Of a DNA stretch of 64,000 nucleotides, positions 12,703 through 24,929 are shown one piece after another. The stretch lies in the NCBI RefSeq assembly GCF_006345805.1, contig NC_043000.1, positions 161,014,001 to 161,078,000 on the forward strand, written 5' to 3'. This DNA is from Octopus sinensis. Taxonomy: Eukaryota. Both the position numbers and the translations under genes were made by a program. The notes beneath the pieces were generated by a model. That model saw only the letters and a program-made list of their open reading frames with translations. It was not told the origin of the DNA and did not search any database. Numbering within the stretch: position 1 is the first letter of the stretch; each line of letters begins with the position of its first letter.

Positions 12703-12746
<44 letters not shown>

Positions 12747-13630
12747 CATACATATGACGGGCTTCTTTCAGTTTCCGTCTACCAAATCCACTCACAAGGC
12801 TTTGGTCGGCCCCAGGCTATAGTAGAAGACACTTGCCCAACGTGCCACGCAGTGGGACTGAACCCAGAACCATGTTGGTAAGCAAGCTACACATACACCC
12901 ACACACACCCACACACACAAACGATTGTGTGAGCAAACGAAAGCGATACTCAAAGTTTCGTAGAAGTTACATGTATTTTTAAAAACAGTTTGACTCAGAT
13001 TTATATAACTGTCCTGAGATGCACCCTGAGAGATACCAGTGCCACAGCTCTTGATTTTCTTTTCTCTTCTTCCTGGTACCATATCGCTTCCTGAGTTATA
13101 ACCATCCTCTCCCTGATGTCTGCTTTCTTCCATTGTTCCTGCCAGCGTGCAATCTAATATTACGTCGTGGTCTTGGTCCAATTGTTTCTGTTTCTTTGTT
13201 TCATTCATCTTGGGCCATTTGATTCGTTCTTTCGCTGGCTGGGATTGGCCTTCTTGTGTGGTATTGGGTGGGTTGCTTCCCCTGAAGACTTGAGGTGACA
13301 TAGGTACAGGGAGCCTTCAAATCCTGTAGGATGCTTCCTACCTGGACTTGCCCTGCGACTCACCAGTTGTTACCTCTGTGCACTGCTCCTGTACATTCTA
13401 TTTTCCACAAATGGATCTAGCTCAGTGTATATTGAGCTCTTACTCATTCTTGGAGATCTTTCTGCAGTAAAACTTTACTTCCAATACCACCCCAACTACT
13501 GTGTGTGTGTGTAAGTATGTATGTATATATACATAAATATATATATACACACACACATATATATATATACATATATATATATACACACACACACACCACA
13601 CACACACACACACATATATACATATACATG
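11766..13630. repeat. Tandem duplication, ~917 bp unit, bounded by (CA)n(TA)n
   Basis: GACGGGCTTC occurs at 11839 and 12756; the copies differ by about one indel and one substitution outside the microsatellites. Confidence 0.95.
12920..13480 (-). mobile_element. RLE-clade (HERO/NeSL-like) non-LTR retrotransposon fragment; duplicate at ~12000-12560
   Basis: KERIKWPKMNETK..LDQDHDVILDCTLAGTMEE resembles the pre-RT region of R2/HERO-like ORFs (recalled, not searched). Confidence 0.45.
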
Positions 13631-13651
13631 TACATATATATATATATACAT

Positions 13652-14815
13652 CATGGGGTGGACAAACAAATTTATTTTAATATGGCGTAGGACCGCCTGT
13701 GGCAGTAATTACAACTTCAATTCTACGAAGTATGGACTCGTACAAAGGAATTTTTGTCCATTCTTCAGCTAAAACAATCTCCAGTTCTTGTAGTGATGAT
13801 GGTGGAGGATATCAACTCCTTACTTGTTTTTCTAAAATTCACTATAACTGTTCAATAATATTGATATCTGTGGTGGCCAGATAAGATGTTCCTCGTGCCA
13901 TTCAGTAACAACTTTAGCTGTGTGAACTGGTACATTATCATCCTGAAAGATTGCATTTCCCTCCGGAAATAATTCCGCAATGCTTAAATAGTCTTGACTA
14001 TTAATTCTGCCATGAAGGGAAAACATTGGGCCAGAAGATTTCCAAAATATAGTCCCCCAGATAATCACAGATCCTCCTGCATGCTGGAAGAAGGCAATCT
14101 GGGTCAAATGCTTCTTTTGACTGTCTCTACATGTATACTCGGCTGGTGGTCGGAAATAAGGTAAAGGATGACTTGTCCGAGAAAATATCATTCTTCCACT
14201 GCTCCAGGGACCAATTCTGTAGGTTTTTACTCCACCCTAAACGCTTTGCTACGTTTGTTTTTGAAAGTAGTGGTTTTCTTATTGCAGCCTTCCCATGAAA
14301 TCTGGCTTTGTGCAGCTCCCGGCGAACAGCTTTTGTGGAAATTGGGTTCTCGAGGTGGTCATTAAGCTCTACAGTAATTTTGGGAGCTGTACTTTCGTGA
14401 TCCTTACTAACAATTCGCGTAAGAGTCCGACATTCCCTATCTGAAAGTTTGGGATTTCTTCCAGAGTTTTGTTTCGACGAGAAGGTTTTTCCCTGTTTCT
14501 CAAAGGCTGTCATTACTTTCGAGGCAGTACTTCTTGATACATCAAACATTTCAGCTGTTTTCGTTAAACTAGTGCCTGCCATGCAAGTACCAACAATTTG
14601 ACCTCCTTGAAAGTTCGATAGATCTGTCATTTTAATGACTTTTAATTACCTACTTCTGATGATATCTGAAGAGAAACAACAATTTTAACAAAACAACACA
14701 AATAATAAATAAAGTAAAAAAACATAAAAATAAACGAGCTTTTGACGGTTTTATAGATATTTCAAAATTATGATGCTATGATGGTAGGTGTTTTCATTAT
14801 TTTGTTCAGCTCCTG
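13652..14815 (-). mobile_element. Tc1-family (DD34E-type) transposon, defective
   Basis: ORF 14127-14630 has the HTH and FSD(K/E)S motif; frame 13832-14191 has GGSVIIWG, FQDDNVPVH and WPPQ; TIR CAGGAGCTGAACAAAATAATG with TA at the right end, degenerate CATGGGGTGGACAAA at the left. Confidence 0.9.
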
Positions 14816-14897
14816 TATATATATATATATACTATCTGTCTGCCTGTCATCGATCTAGTCCCCTATGTATGTATATACGTTTGTCTGTATATATATA

Positions 14898-14935
<38 letters not shown>

Positions 14936-15088
14936 GTGAGAGGGAGAGAGAAAGAGAGAGAAAGAGAGGGAGGGAATAGGGATAGAAAGAAATAGTTTGA
15001 TTTATTTTTCAACTAGCTGATATATTCCTTCAAAATTCTGTCTATATTGATTAAGTGTCCGTTCTTTTTTAATCTATTTATTTACATT

Positions 15089-15121
<33 letters not shown>

Positions 15122-15724
15122 CACACGCACACGCACACATATATATATATATATGTATGTATGTATATATATATAAATTCATTTGTGTATCTCTTCATTA
15201 ATTTCATAAAACGCATCTGTCTAGACAAGTATTCTTTGACATTGCCTTGCAAAATTTACGATTCTATAATTTCATAAAGTTTAAAACTGTCACTAATTTT
15301 TTCTTCCTCTCTTTTAATATTAAATCAATGTTTTCCAGTAAACGAGGTCTCATTTATAAACATATTTATTCATTCTGTTGTTATTTTATTTTTACTTTGT
15401 AAGATAATATTCTATCTTTCATACAGAAACAGATATCGAATAGGAGGGTGAAGAAATAGCAAGAACCTTTAGAGAGTGAAGCTTAAAATCTTCAGAAAGA
15501 ATAATTTAATGACAAAAGGAAATAAAGCATCAACAAAAAGAAAGGGGGAAGAAAAAACAGCCAATAAATAATTTATTTTCTAACGTAAAAACAAAAACGT
15601 AAAATCATAAAATAAACCGAAACGAATATCTATTCTGACCTCCAAAATGATCTTCGAATCTAAAATAATATTTTGTTTGCTAACTCGCAGTTTAAACCAA
15701 TTTCATTTTGCTTCTTAGTCGAAG

Positions 15725-15780
15725 AATTATTTATGTTGTTATACATTATATTATTATTGTTACTATTATCATCATCATTA

Positions 15781-15842
<62 letters not shown>

Positions 15843-15945
15843 TATTATTATTATTATTATCATCATTATTATTATTATTATATTATTATTATTATTATAT
15901 ATTATTATTATTATATTATTATTATTATTATTATTATTATTTGTA
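15725..15945. repeat. (ATT)n microsatellite
   Basis: Direct. Confidence 0.95.
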
Positions 15946-16715
15946 TTTTATTTTTGGATTCTTTGGTTAAAGTAAATAATCGTTTTTTTTTATTTCTGGT
16001 AAGAAACAATATTTACATGAAAAATAATTTCGATAGTGAAATAATAATAATAATAATAATAAACTAAATGAAATACAAGAGAAACAGATTGAGTTAAAGA
16101 TAGAAAAAAAAAAAAAAAAAGAAGTAAATAGAATATGAAATTTTCTCAATTCATTCTATTATACATTTTCCAATTTACCACTTTTCCTAAGCAGATAATC
16201 GTTTTATTGGTTTGCAAAGTCTGACATTTGACATTAAAAGAGCGAGTCAAAAGATTAATTTTTATTGCTATTCATTTGCATTTTCTTCCACTTTTTTTAT
16301 TTTATTTTTGTTTCATTTTTGATTTTTATATATTCTTTCACATCGAGTCTTGTTTGGTACGGACAATTGAAGCGAGAGTGAGGTGTGAGCACTTCTATTG
16401 TAGCCGCGACCACACCAAAGATTTGAACTTCGACAATTCAACATAGACACAATAATTGTTAATTGTACAGTGCCAAGAAGAAAAGAGAAATTCATCAAGG
16501 AAACTAAAATAACAACATACAAATTTCGACAGCATAGTATCTGATGAACCCAAAAAGGAAACACTATGCTTTCGTTTGAACTGCGAGGATTTGCAGACAA
16601 ATCTTTTAGATTTTAAATAGCCTTAATAAAGTTTGGGACATACTGGATGATGTAGAATTGGATACATGAAATGGCGAGATGATCAAGGGCAAAACAGGTT
16701 TCATCATCGTGTTCT

Positions 16716-17073
16716 TTGTCCATCTTCTTGCAAGATGTATATGAGTTGGTACACCATTGATATGCGACTTATATTTCGACACCTTTTCCTTTGTATTTCG
16801 TTTTCGCTATTTAGCAATTGTTAAACCTGGTCATGTTTCCCAGATGTAATAAGTAAGTCTTTCTTTGTCAATACTGAGATGGATTTACTCAAACCCATAG
16901 TTGATACTATAATTATCGTTAACTCTTTAGGGCAAAGTGGGCTGGATGTAGCAATGGTCGGATTTCTGATTCAACCAGTCAGGTACGACAGCTATTTATA
17001 TAGTTTTTGAATGCTAGGCACATGCTAAAATCACATTGAAATCATTTGCTTCGAAAAAAACTCTCTTCCACCC

Positions 17074-17120
<47 letters not shown>

Positions 17121-17142
17121 GTGATGGTGATGATGGTGATGG

Positions 17143-17176
<34 letters not shown>

Positions 17177-18078
17177 GTGGAAGAGGTTATGCGTAACTAT
17201 TACCACTTCTATTAATACACAAATTTCCCAAGTTTTTCATAGAAATTTTGACTGTAAGCAGGTCTTATGTTTAATATAGGTATGATTTGGGAGAAAGAGT
17301 AAAATCAATTCAGGAGACGGAGAATGATTGAGGGAGGGGTGAATAAGAAAGAAATAGAGAGAATGAGAGAAAAAGAAAAAAGTATTTATTATTGAATATG
17401 TGTTGTTTTTGTTTTGCGTTTAAGGCTTAGAGAAAAAAGAGCAGAAACCAAGATTTGGCAGGTATTTTGAAGAGAGGTAAGATCGTTACTGCTTACATTT
17501 AGTTTGAACGTATGTAAGGATACGTCCGAAGAAAAAAGCTTCGGCAAAGAACAGCATTTTCTGGTTGGACCCTTTAGAAGTTTGGATAAAGTGGATTGTA
17601 TGGGGCCTGAACAACGAGAAAGATTTCAGTTACAATAGACTTTTATTAAGGAACAATAGACTTCATTCTATCAGCTGAAGTAGTGAAGAGACAATGACCA
17701 AACTCATGTACAATATTGTGCAAGTGCAGGTGTGCAAAAGTGGTTTATCAAAAATTATGTATCCCTGAGGTATTTAATGCTCGCTGTAGTAAATATATTG
17801 TCACTAACTTAGCTATTCATATTCATGCAGATGGGCTTCCTGAGGAATTAAACTCAGCATCCCTTTTTAGATTCCTTTGAAGGTTATCTTTAATTTTCCA
17901 CAATGTTTTTTCTCTTATACCTTGTCCATCTTCTTGCAAGATGTATATGAGTTGGTGCACCATTGATATGCGACTTATATTGCGATACATTTTCCTTTGT
18001 TGTTCGTTTTCGCTATTCAGCAATTGTTAAACCTAGTCATGTTTTCCAGATTAAATAAGTAGGTCTTTCTTTGTCCTA
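16716..18078. repeat. Dispersed ~155 bp direct repeat (16716-16872 and 17920-18078)
   Basis: TTGTCCATCTTCTTGCAAGATGTATATGAGTTGGT...CTTTGTC is present twice with modest divergence; family not identified. Confidence 0.85.
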
Positions 18079-18705
18079 ATTATCACCAATAGCACCACCT
18101 CAAACACCACAACCACCACCACCACCACCGTCGTATTTGTCTTCTTCTTCTTCTTCTTCTTCTTCTTCTTCTTCTTCTTCTTCTCTTCTTCTTCTTCTTC
18201 TTCTTTCTTCTTCTTCTTCTTCTTCTTCTTCTTCTTCTTCTTCTTCTTCTTCTTCTTCTTCTTCTTCTTCTTCTTTCTTTCTTTCTTTCTCCTTTCTTTT
18301 TTCTTTGTTTCTTTGTTTCTTTTTTCTTTTTTATTTTTCTTCCGCTTCCTTCTTACTTCTTTCTCTTCTTCCCCCTAACCCTCCTCCCCTCAAAGGAGAC
18401 AGACTGTCTACCAACAATGAACTTTTACCGTTCACCTGCCAGACGTTTATACACGTTGCGTCTACCTCACTTCAGTCACAAGGTTTAGGTCGACCTGCTA
18501 GCACAGTACATGTTCTATGCAGCAAGATGATACGTATTGGTATCTACGCAAGATACCAAATGAATGTGAAGTCAATTCTTTAACCGCGTGATTCCAAATG
18601 TTGCTGCAGTTCCAGCAGTGTTACCTGCTAATTTATAATAAACATACACATACATAAGTGTGTGTGTGTTTACACACACACAAACACACACACACACACA
18701 CACAC

Positions 18706-18779
<74 letters not shown>

Positions 18780-18800
18780 ACTTATATATATATATATATA

Positions 18801-19057
18801 TATATACAACTTATAAATAGGGGCTAAAGAAAATTATTTCAATGCCAATATGCTGATAACAGACTTTTAAAACGTCAATTTCCACATATTATTTACTCGC
18901 TACAGAAAAAAACACGAAGAACTGAATCGATTTCAGTTCTTCGTGTTTTTTTCTGTAGCGAGTAAATAATATGTGGAAATTGACGATTTAAAAGTCTGTT
19001 ATCAGCATATTGGCATTGAAATAATTTTCTTTAGCCCTTATTTATAAGTTGTATATA
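18801..19057. repeat. Fold-back palindrome, 126 bp arms, 5 nt centre
   Basis: 18801-18926 versus 18932-19057 with 2 mismatches; the left arm ends in (TA)n. Confidence 0.97.
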
Positions 19058-19142
19058 ATTTTAACCGTAAAGGTATTTTAATATGCTGCCACATTTTTTA
19101 ATGGAATTTTTTTTCTGTAAAAAGAAAATTCATCCTATATTA

Positions 19143-19195
<53 letters not shown>

Positions 19196-19215
19196 TAATT
19201 TTATTTTATAGAAGG

Positions 19216-19266
19216 AGCTTCTACAGGACTAGAACTGTTTCATTCAAAAGAAATCATCAGGAAGCT
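19216..19266 (-). ncRNA. Type I hammerhead ribozyme candidate (mirror copy)
   Basis: Identical sequence on the minus strand because of the perfect palindrome. Confidence 0.65.
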
Positions 19267-19313
19267 TCCTGATGATTTCTTTTGAATGAAACAGTTCTAG
19301 TCCTGTAGAAGCT
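19263..19313 (+). ncRNA. Type I hammerhead ribozyme candidate
   Basis: Helix I AGCUUC/GAAGCU (6 bp); CUGAUGA at 19269-19275; short helix II UUC-UUUU-GAA; GAAA at 19288-19291; helix III CAG/CUG; GUA triplet, predicted cleavage after 19307. Atypical U.U at 10.1/11.1. Confidence 0.65.
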
Positions 19314-19395
19314 CCTTCTATAAAATAAATTAATTTACTCTGCTATGTATTGAGTACCTTATTTACTGTGGTTAACCCCGACTCAACCCGGGACC

Positions 19396-19462
<67 letters not shown>

Positions 19463-19673
19463 AGAGAGAGAGAAAGATAGGGATGGGGGGAGAGACAGAG
19501 AGAGAGAGTTATATATATATTTATTTATTTATATATATTCTTTTACTTCTTTTATTCATTATACTGCAGCTATGCTTTGAAGAATTTTTAGTTGAATGAA
19601 TCGACCCCAGTACTTAACTTTGTTAAGCCTGGTACCTATCCTGGTCTCTTTTGCCGAACGCAAACCCACCAAA

Positions 19674-19992
19674 GTAAAGGCGTAATGGCCCAGTGGTTAG
19701 GGCAGCGGACTCGCGGTCGGAGGATCGCAGTTTCGATTCCCAGACCGGTCGTTGTGCGTCTTTATTGAGCGAAAACACCTACAGATCCACGAGGCTCCGG
19801 CAGGGGGTGGTGTCGGTCCCTGTTGTACTCTTTCGCCCAACTTTCTCTCACTCTTTCTTCCTGTTTCTTGAGTAACGCTGCGATAGACTGGCGTCCCGTC
19901 CAGCTGGCGGGAACACATACGCCATAGAAACCGGGAAACCGGGCCCATGAGCCTGGCTAAGCTTGAAAAGGGCGCATAAATAATAAATAAAT
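19674..19992 (+). mobile_element. tRNA-derived SINE with V-domain-like segment, nested in an older SINE
   Basis: A box TGGCCCAGTGG, B box GTTTCGATTCC, GCGATAGACTGGCGTCCCGTCCAG segment, (TAAA)n tail; 12-bp TSD AAACCCACCAAA at 19662-19673 and 19993-20004. Confidence 0.9.
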
Positions 19993-20689
19993 AAACCCAC
20001 CAAAACTGGTTGTCAGACGGTACTGGTTGACACACACATATACACACACGTGCATTTGAATGTGTGTGTATGTGTGTGCGTGTGTATGTGATTACAGGGC
20101 ATCCATAAAGAAACGCGGCATATCAAAGTGAGGTACACCACTAATTAACCAGAATGTTAAAAAACTGGCGGTTAAGTAATCCATGATCATAGCAGGAAAT
20201 GCATCGCTGAAGTGAAGTTCACTTTTATTAGGTAATTCGTAACTCTAGTATTGTCGAAACGCATCTCGTGATGAATGAGAACTTGGGCGTTGAGTCACCT
20301 CGTATTACTACAATTGTTTGAAGAAGTGTATTACGACGTAAGTATAATACGATCTGGTATCCACGTTCTGCCTATATCAGCCTTTATGAATGACATTGCT
20401 AATTTGAATGATAGTACCTTTGCTAGTCACAGTCTTCAGTTAGCTGGTTGTAATCACATCCACTTTACATTTTGTTTTACTGTTGGTAACTCTGATTAAA
20501 AATTTCACATGTTGATGATCTGTTAATTAATCAACACGACATTAGTTGCTTGTTTATTTGCTTAGCGAGATGAATTATGAGTTGCGTAACATAATGTTAT
20601 CCTCTGCATATTGTGCATACTGCGCAACCGACTGTATTATGCTTACAACACTAAACGCTGTTAACGAAACAATTGCAGCAATAGCAGGC

Positions 20690-20833
20690 ATGGATGTGCG
20701 GAAAGAAATTTGCTTCAAATCAATGGTTCCGGGTTCAGTCCCACTGCATGGCACGTCGGGCAAGTGTCTTCAACTACAGCCTCGGGCCGACAAATGTAAA
20801 AGGAATCTGAAAGCGGCTCGTCGTTTATATGTG

Positions 20834-20876
<43 letters not shown>

Positions 20877-21085
20877 AATCGTGCGTGCGTGCGTGCGTGT
20901 GATCGATCCTCACCACCGCTTGACAGTTTGTCAACGTTCCCGGGGCTTACTGGATCGACAAAAAAAAATCTGATACAATATATACTCAGCTTAGAAGAAA
21001 GTAAGTACTGGGTCGACGCGTTCGTTCGAAACATTTCGAGGTGGTGCCCCAGCACGGCTGCAAATTACGATTGAAAGAAGTAAGC
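20690..21085 (+). mobile_element. SINE with internal (GT)n
   Basis: GGTTCCGGGTTCAGTCCCACTG head; same family as 11535-11972. Confidence 0.75.
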
Positions 21086-21183
21086 AATAAAATATAAACC
21101 ATTCATCTGCCTTCATTATATATATGTGTGTGTATGTGTGCGTGTGTCTTTGTGAGTGTGTTTGTATATATATATATATATAC

Positions 21184-21226
<43 letters not shown>

Positions 21227-22189
21227 GAGAGACATACACACACACGCTCACAAACATACACACAAACACACACATACATACACACACATGCATATATATA
21301 TAAGCATATATATATATTTAGATCAGAAATCCGTAATATTAGGTATTATGAGATAACACTCAACACAAATTTAACTGCTGCCAGAGTGACATTATTCTAT
21401 TAAGACTATGTCAATAATGTTTCCCGTATTGATTACACTATGCAACTTGAGAGAGAGATAACGCTAGTCAGGCGGATATATTAAAAGGCGTACTTAGACT
21501 ATCGTAACTGATAGAAAATATAAGTACTCACTTGTTAATCCTGAAGCGCGCAAAAGAAACTGAGGTAATATTTCGTAGTTCTAGCTGTAGTTGATTATAT
21601 ACTGAGAAGATCTCTAAGTGTAAAATGGAAAAGAAAATCCAAAATACGAAGAAAACAAAGAAAGAAAAAGTAGCTAAGTCGTGTACTTTTTTTAGTTTAG
21701 TGTGTTGTTTAGCTACATATTCTTATTTGGCTGTTTAGAATATGAGGTAGGTTGTCTTCGAATGTATTGACCACATTAAGTGTTGAGTGTTTGAATATTT
21801 TGATAACCACCATTGTAATATTTAAAATATACACCCTCTGAATGAAATTTACAACGTCCAGCGAACATGACGGTTAGAAATCTTTTGTATATAACTTGCA
21901 GTATAAAAAATTTTGAAATAGTGGAAGGAATTTGAGCCATTGCGTATAACACTGCATGATACTAATTTTTTTTTAGCAAACACAACTTCTGTTAATGTTT
22001 GTGTTCTTTATGAACATGAAATCTGCTTAGCTCCATTACATCTACATTTTGCTCTACAAGACATCCCACACGTACATTTATAGAAAAAAGTGTCAAATCA
22101 TATGAAAAATGCATGTAATTTATCAATATAATAAACTACAACTAATCACAGTTAAAATAACAATATACACTTCGAAAAAAATTACCACA

Positions 22190-23900
22190 AAAAAGTTACG
22201 ACATCGATATCACTGTGAAGATCACTAGCATGGAGTTCAAGAAGAGTGAAGTCAGCAAAAGTCTGCCATCATGCGGATTTCGGATCGCTTTACCTTGTTT
22301 CAATAGTAGTGATCCCTTGATGAAATCTTTCTCCTTGATCGTCACTGATATTGCCCAAGTCGAAAGGAAAGAAATCCAAGTGACCTTTTCAAAAAGTGAA
22401 TTTCCAGGACATTTTGACACCCAGTGCATCGAATGAATCCAGAAGGTCAGTAATGAGTGCCATGTAATTCGAGCTCCGGTTCTTTCCTAGAAAGTTTTCG
22501 ACTGTCTTTAACAGATCATCACAAGTTCGTCGTTCAACTTCATTCATTGACTCTCTGAACATCTGATTCTTCATCAGTTTGTGAAAGTCTGGTCCAACGA
22601 ACACACTTTGCTTCGGTTAATCGGGGAAAGATATCTGTCAATAACATTGATTAACCGTCAGTGTCCATTACCCACGCAAAATATTTGATGATTCCAAGTT
22701 TAATATGTAGTTTCATGTGTAGTGGAGGTAACATAATTAGCTCGGGTGAAATTAGTGGTACATAATGAAAGATTTTATTGCCTGGTCTCCATTCATGACG
22801 CGCCGGTCAATTCTGTAGTGACCATTTTGAGCCCGGTTGTCCCACAGACACAAGAAGCATCAAAACGTCGTGTCGCTCTTTTGCAGTCTAGTTAAAATAC
22901 CTATTATCTTCAAGTTAGCTCCAGATTTCCACCTGAAATTATCCTACCTGACCAAGGAAAGTAATAACTTGATAATGTCGTATGACTCTTTTGCCTTCCT
23001 CGAATAACCCACTGGAATCATTGGGTACTCATTCCCAACATACAAAAAGAACTGCCTTTAAGCTGGAAAGACTATCATTAATAAATAATCACCTATCTGT
23101 TTCGACATCAGCGGAAATTCGCAGTGTCAGCTTCAAACTTGTTATGTTCTTGCAATATATAACCCAGCTCATTATGTGTGTAGAAGAAGTCAAAATATTT
23201 ATTTTCTTAGTGTCTGTAACCAGCTGTTTTGCTTCCTTGGACTAAAACAACAAATTCTCTGATTCTTGTTCCAGCCAGGTAAGCATCATCCTGGGAAAGT
23301 CACAACATTTGAACAAAATGACTTAGTTGCTCTTGACCTATTTTAGGGCATGAATGAAGGATTTTAAAATCCTTGTCATCTATTTAGCATTCACATCCAG
23401 GTTCTTCATCCTAATCATCATCTGCCTCACTCAATATTTGATTGCTTGATACAGGAAGAATTTCACCTTATTTTGGTTGTGGTCGTATGATAGATGGCAA
23501 AGTAGGATGATAATTGATATATAGCATGCCTCCTGCTGGAGGCAGGCTATAATTTTCTTATTGAACCCCACCAAAATTAGTAATGCAAAAGTAGCAATCA
23601 GTAGAATGGCCACTGTGTTTTTGCCATGCCATTGGCGCTATTAACGGTTGGTAACCTATCCTAACTTGCCACTGGACCACAAGGAAAGGTGATCACTGCA
23701 AGGTTTGCATACAATACGTGAAGCTACAATGCATGAAGCTTGGTCTCCAAGTTTTATTTTGAATTAATCCTTGTTTTGCTTGTACGAGTGACGTGAGGTT
23801 TTTCCCCATAGTGTTTGAATGCATATTTTCCAACAGATGTAGCAAAAGTGACCTGGGTTATTGCGAAATACACGTCTGGAAACCATGCAAATTGGAGCCC
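22190..23900 (-). mobile_element. Degenerate CMC/Chapaev3-like DNA transposase relic
   Basis: Ordered minus-strand motifs across stops and frameshifts: NNPGHFCYIC, IVCKPC, LFINDSLSSLKAV, FLCLWDNRA, FVGPDFHKLM..ENFLG, HLDFFP..ISDDQGERFHQ. Family assignment is from recalled motifs. Confidence 0.65.
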
Positions 23901-24139
23901 ATTGAAATGTAAATATAAAAGAAAAAAAGTCCACATTGAAAGAACAATTACCAGCTGGTTACAAGACACAATAACACCCAAAACGCATATTTAAATCAAA
24001 GTGTTAATTTACGGTATATCAACCTTTACAGCTGTCTCATCAAAGGTTGTCACAAAAAGAACAATCGATGACTTTTTTAACATTCTGGTGTTGCGGTGGG
24101 GTATCTCATATCCCAGGTGCTGTTTGTATATTCTTTCAT

Positions 24140-24348
24140 TATTTTATTTGTTTCAGTCATTTGACTGCGGCCATGCTGAAGCACCACCCTTAGTCGAGGA
24201 AATCGACCCCAAACTTATTCTTTGTAAGCCTAGTACTATTCTATCGGCCTTTTTTCGCCAAACCGCTAACTTACGGGGTTGTAAACACCCTATCTCCGGT
24301 TGCCAAGCGATGTTGGGGGCACAAGCATAAACACACATACACCGCCAC

Positions 24349-24398
<50 letters not shown>

Positions 24399-24540
24399 AA
24401 TATATATATATATACTACGGGCTTCTTTCAGTTTCCGTCTACCAAATCCACTCACAAAGCTTTGGTTGTCCCGAGACTATAGTAGAAGTTACTTGTCTAA
24501 GGTGCCGCGAGTGGGACTGAACCCGGAACCATGTGGGAGA
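24140..24540 (-). mobile_element. SINE with internal (CA)n(TA)n
   Basis: Same family as 11535-11972. Confidence 0.85.
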
Positions 24541-24929
24541 CTTCTTTCCAGAGAGTTTTATTACTTCTGCTTATAAACTGTTTTACTGATTTCCTGGTAG
24601 CCTTCTGCTCATCTTCATCGTTATCTTCATATGATTCTTATAAAATATCATCTGGTGAAGTCTGCAATATGCCATCTGCTTCAGGTCCTCCCTCTTAATC
24701 TGTCATTCCTTCTTCTTCTGTTCTTTCTTCTTCAGCTATACTCTCTTCTTTCTCTTTAGATTCTCCTTCATCTGTTTCTTCATCAAGAATTGATCTTAAT
24801 TCTTCTATGTCTAATTCTCTCTCAACCATCTCTCTCAAATTTTTCATTTGTCTTTCCTAGTCCATTGTGAATCTGAAAAGAAAGTAGATTTTTCGCTGTT
24901 ATTGCATTTAGAACCATCTACTGGAAGTA

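Larger units (their letters stand above)
19200..19329. repeat. Perfect spacerless palindrome, 65 bp arms, centred on AAGCTT
   Basis: Checked base by base: 19200-19264 is the reverse complement of 19265-19329. Confidence 0.98.

Noticed and set aside
19678-19750. tRNA-like sequence
   Set aside because: It is a SINE head (continues into body, tail and TSD) and has no complete acceptor stem
24570-24870. Acidic minus-strand frame resembling a transposase N-terminus
   Set aside because: Low complexity, contains stops, and has no diagnostic motif
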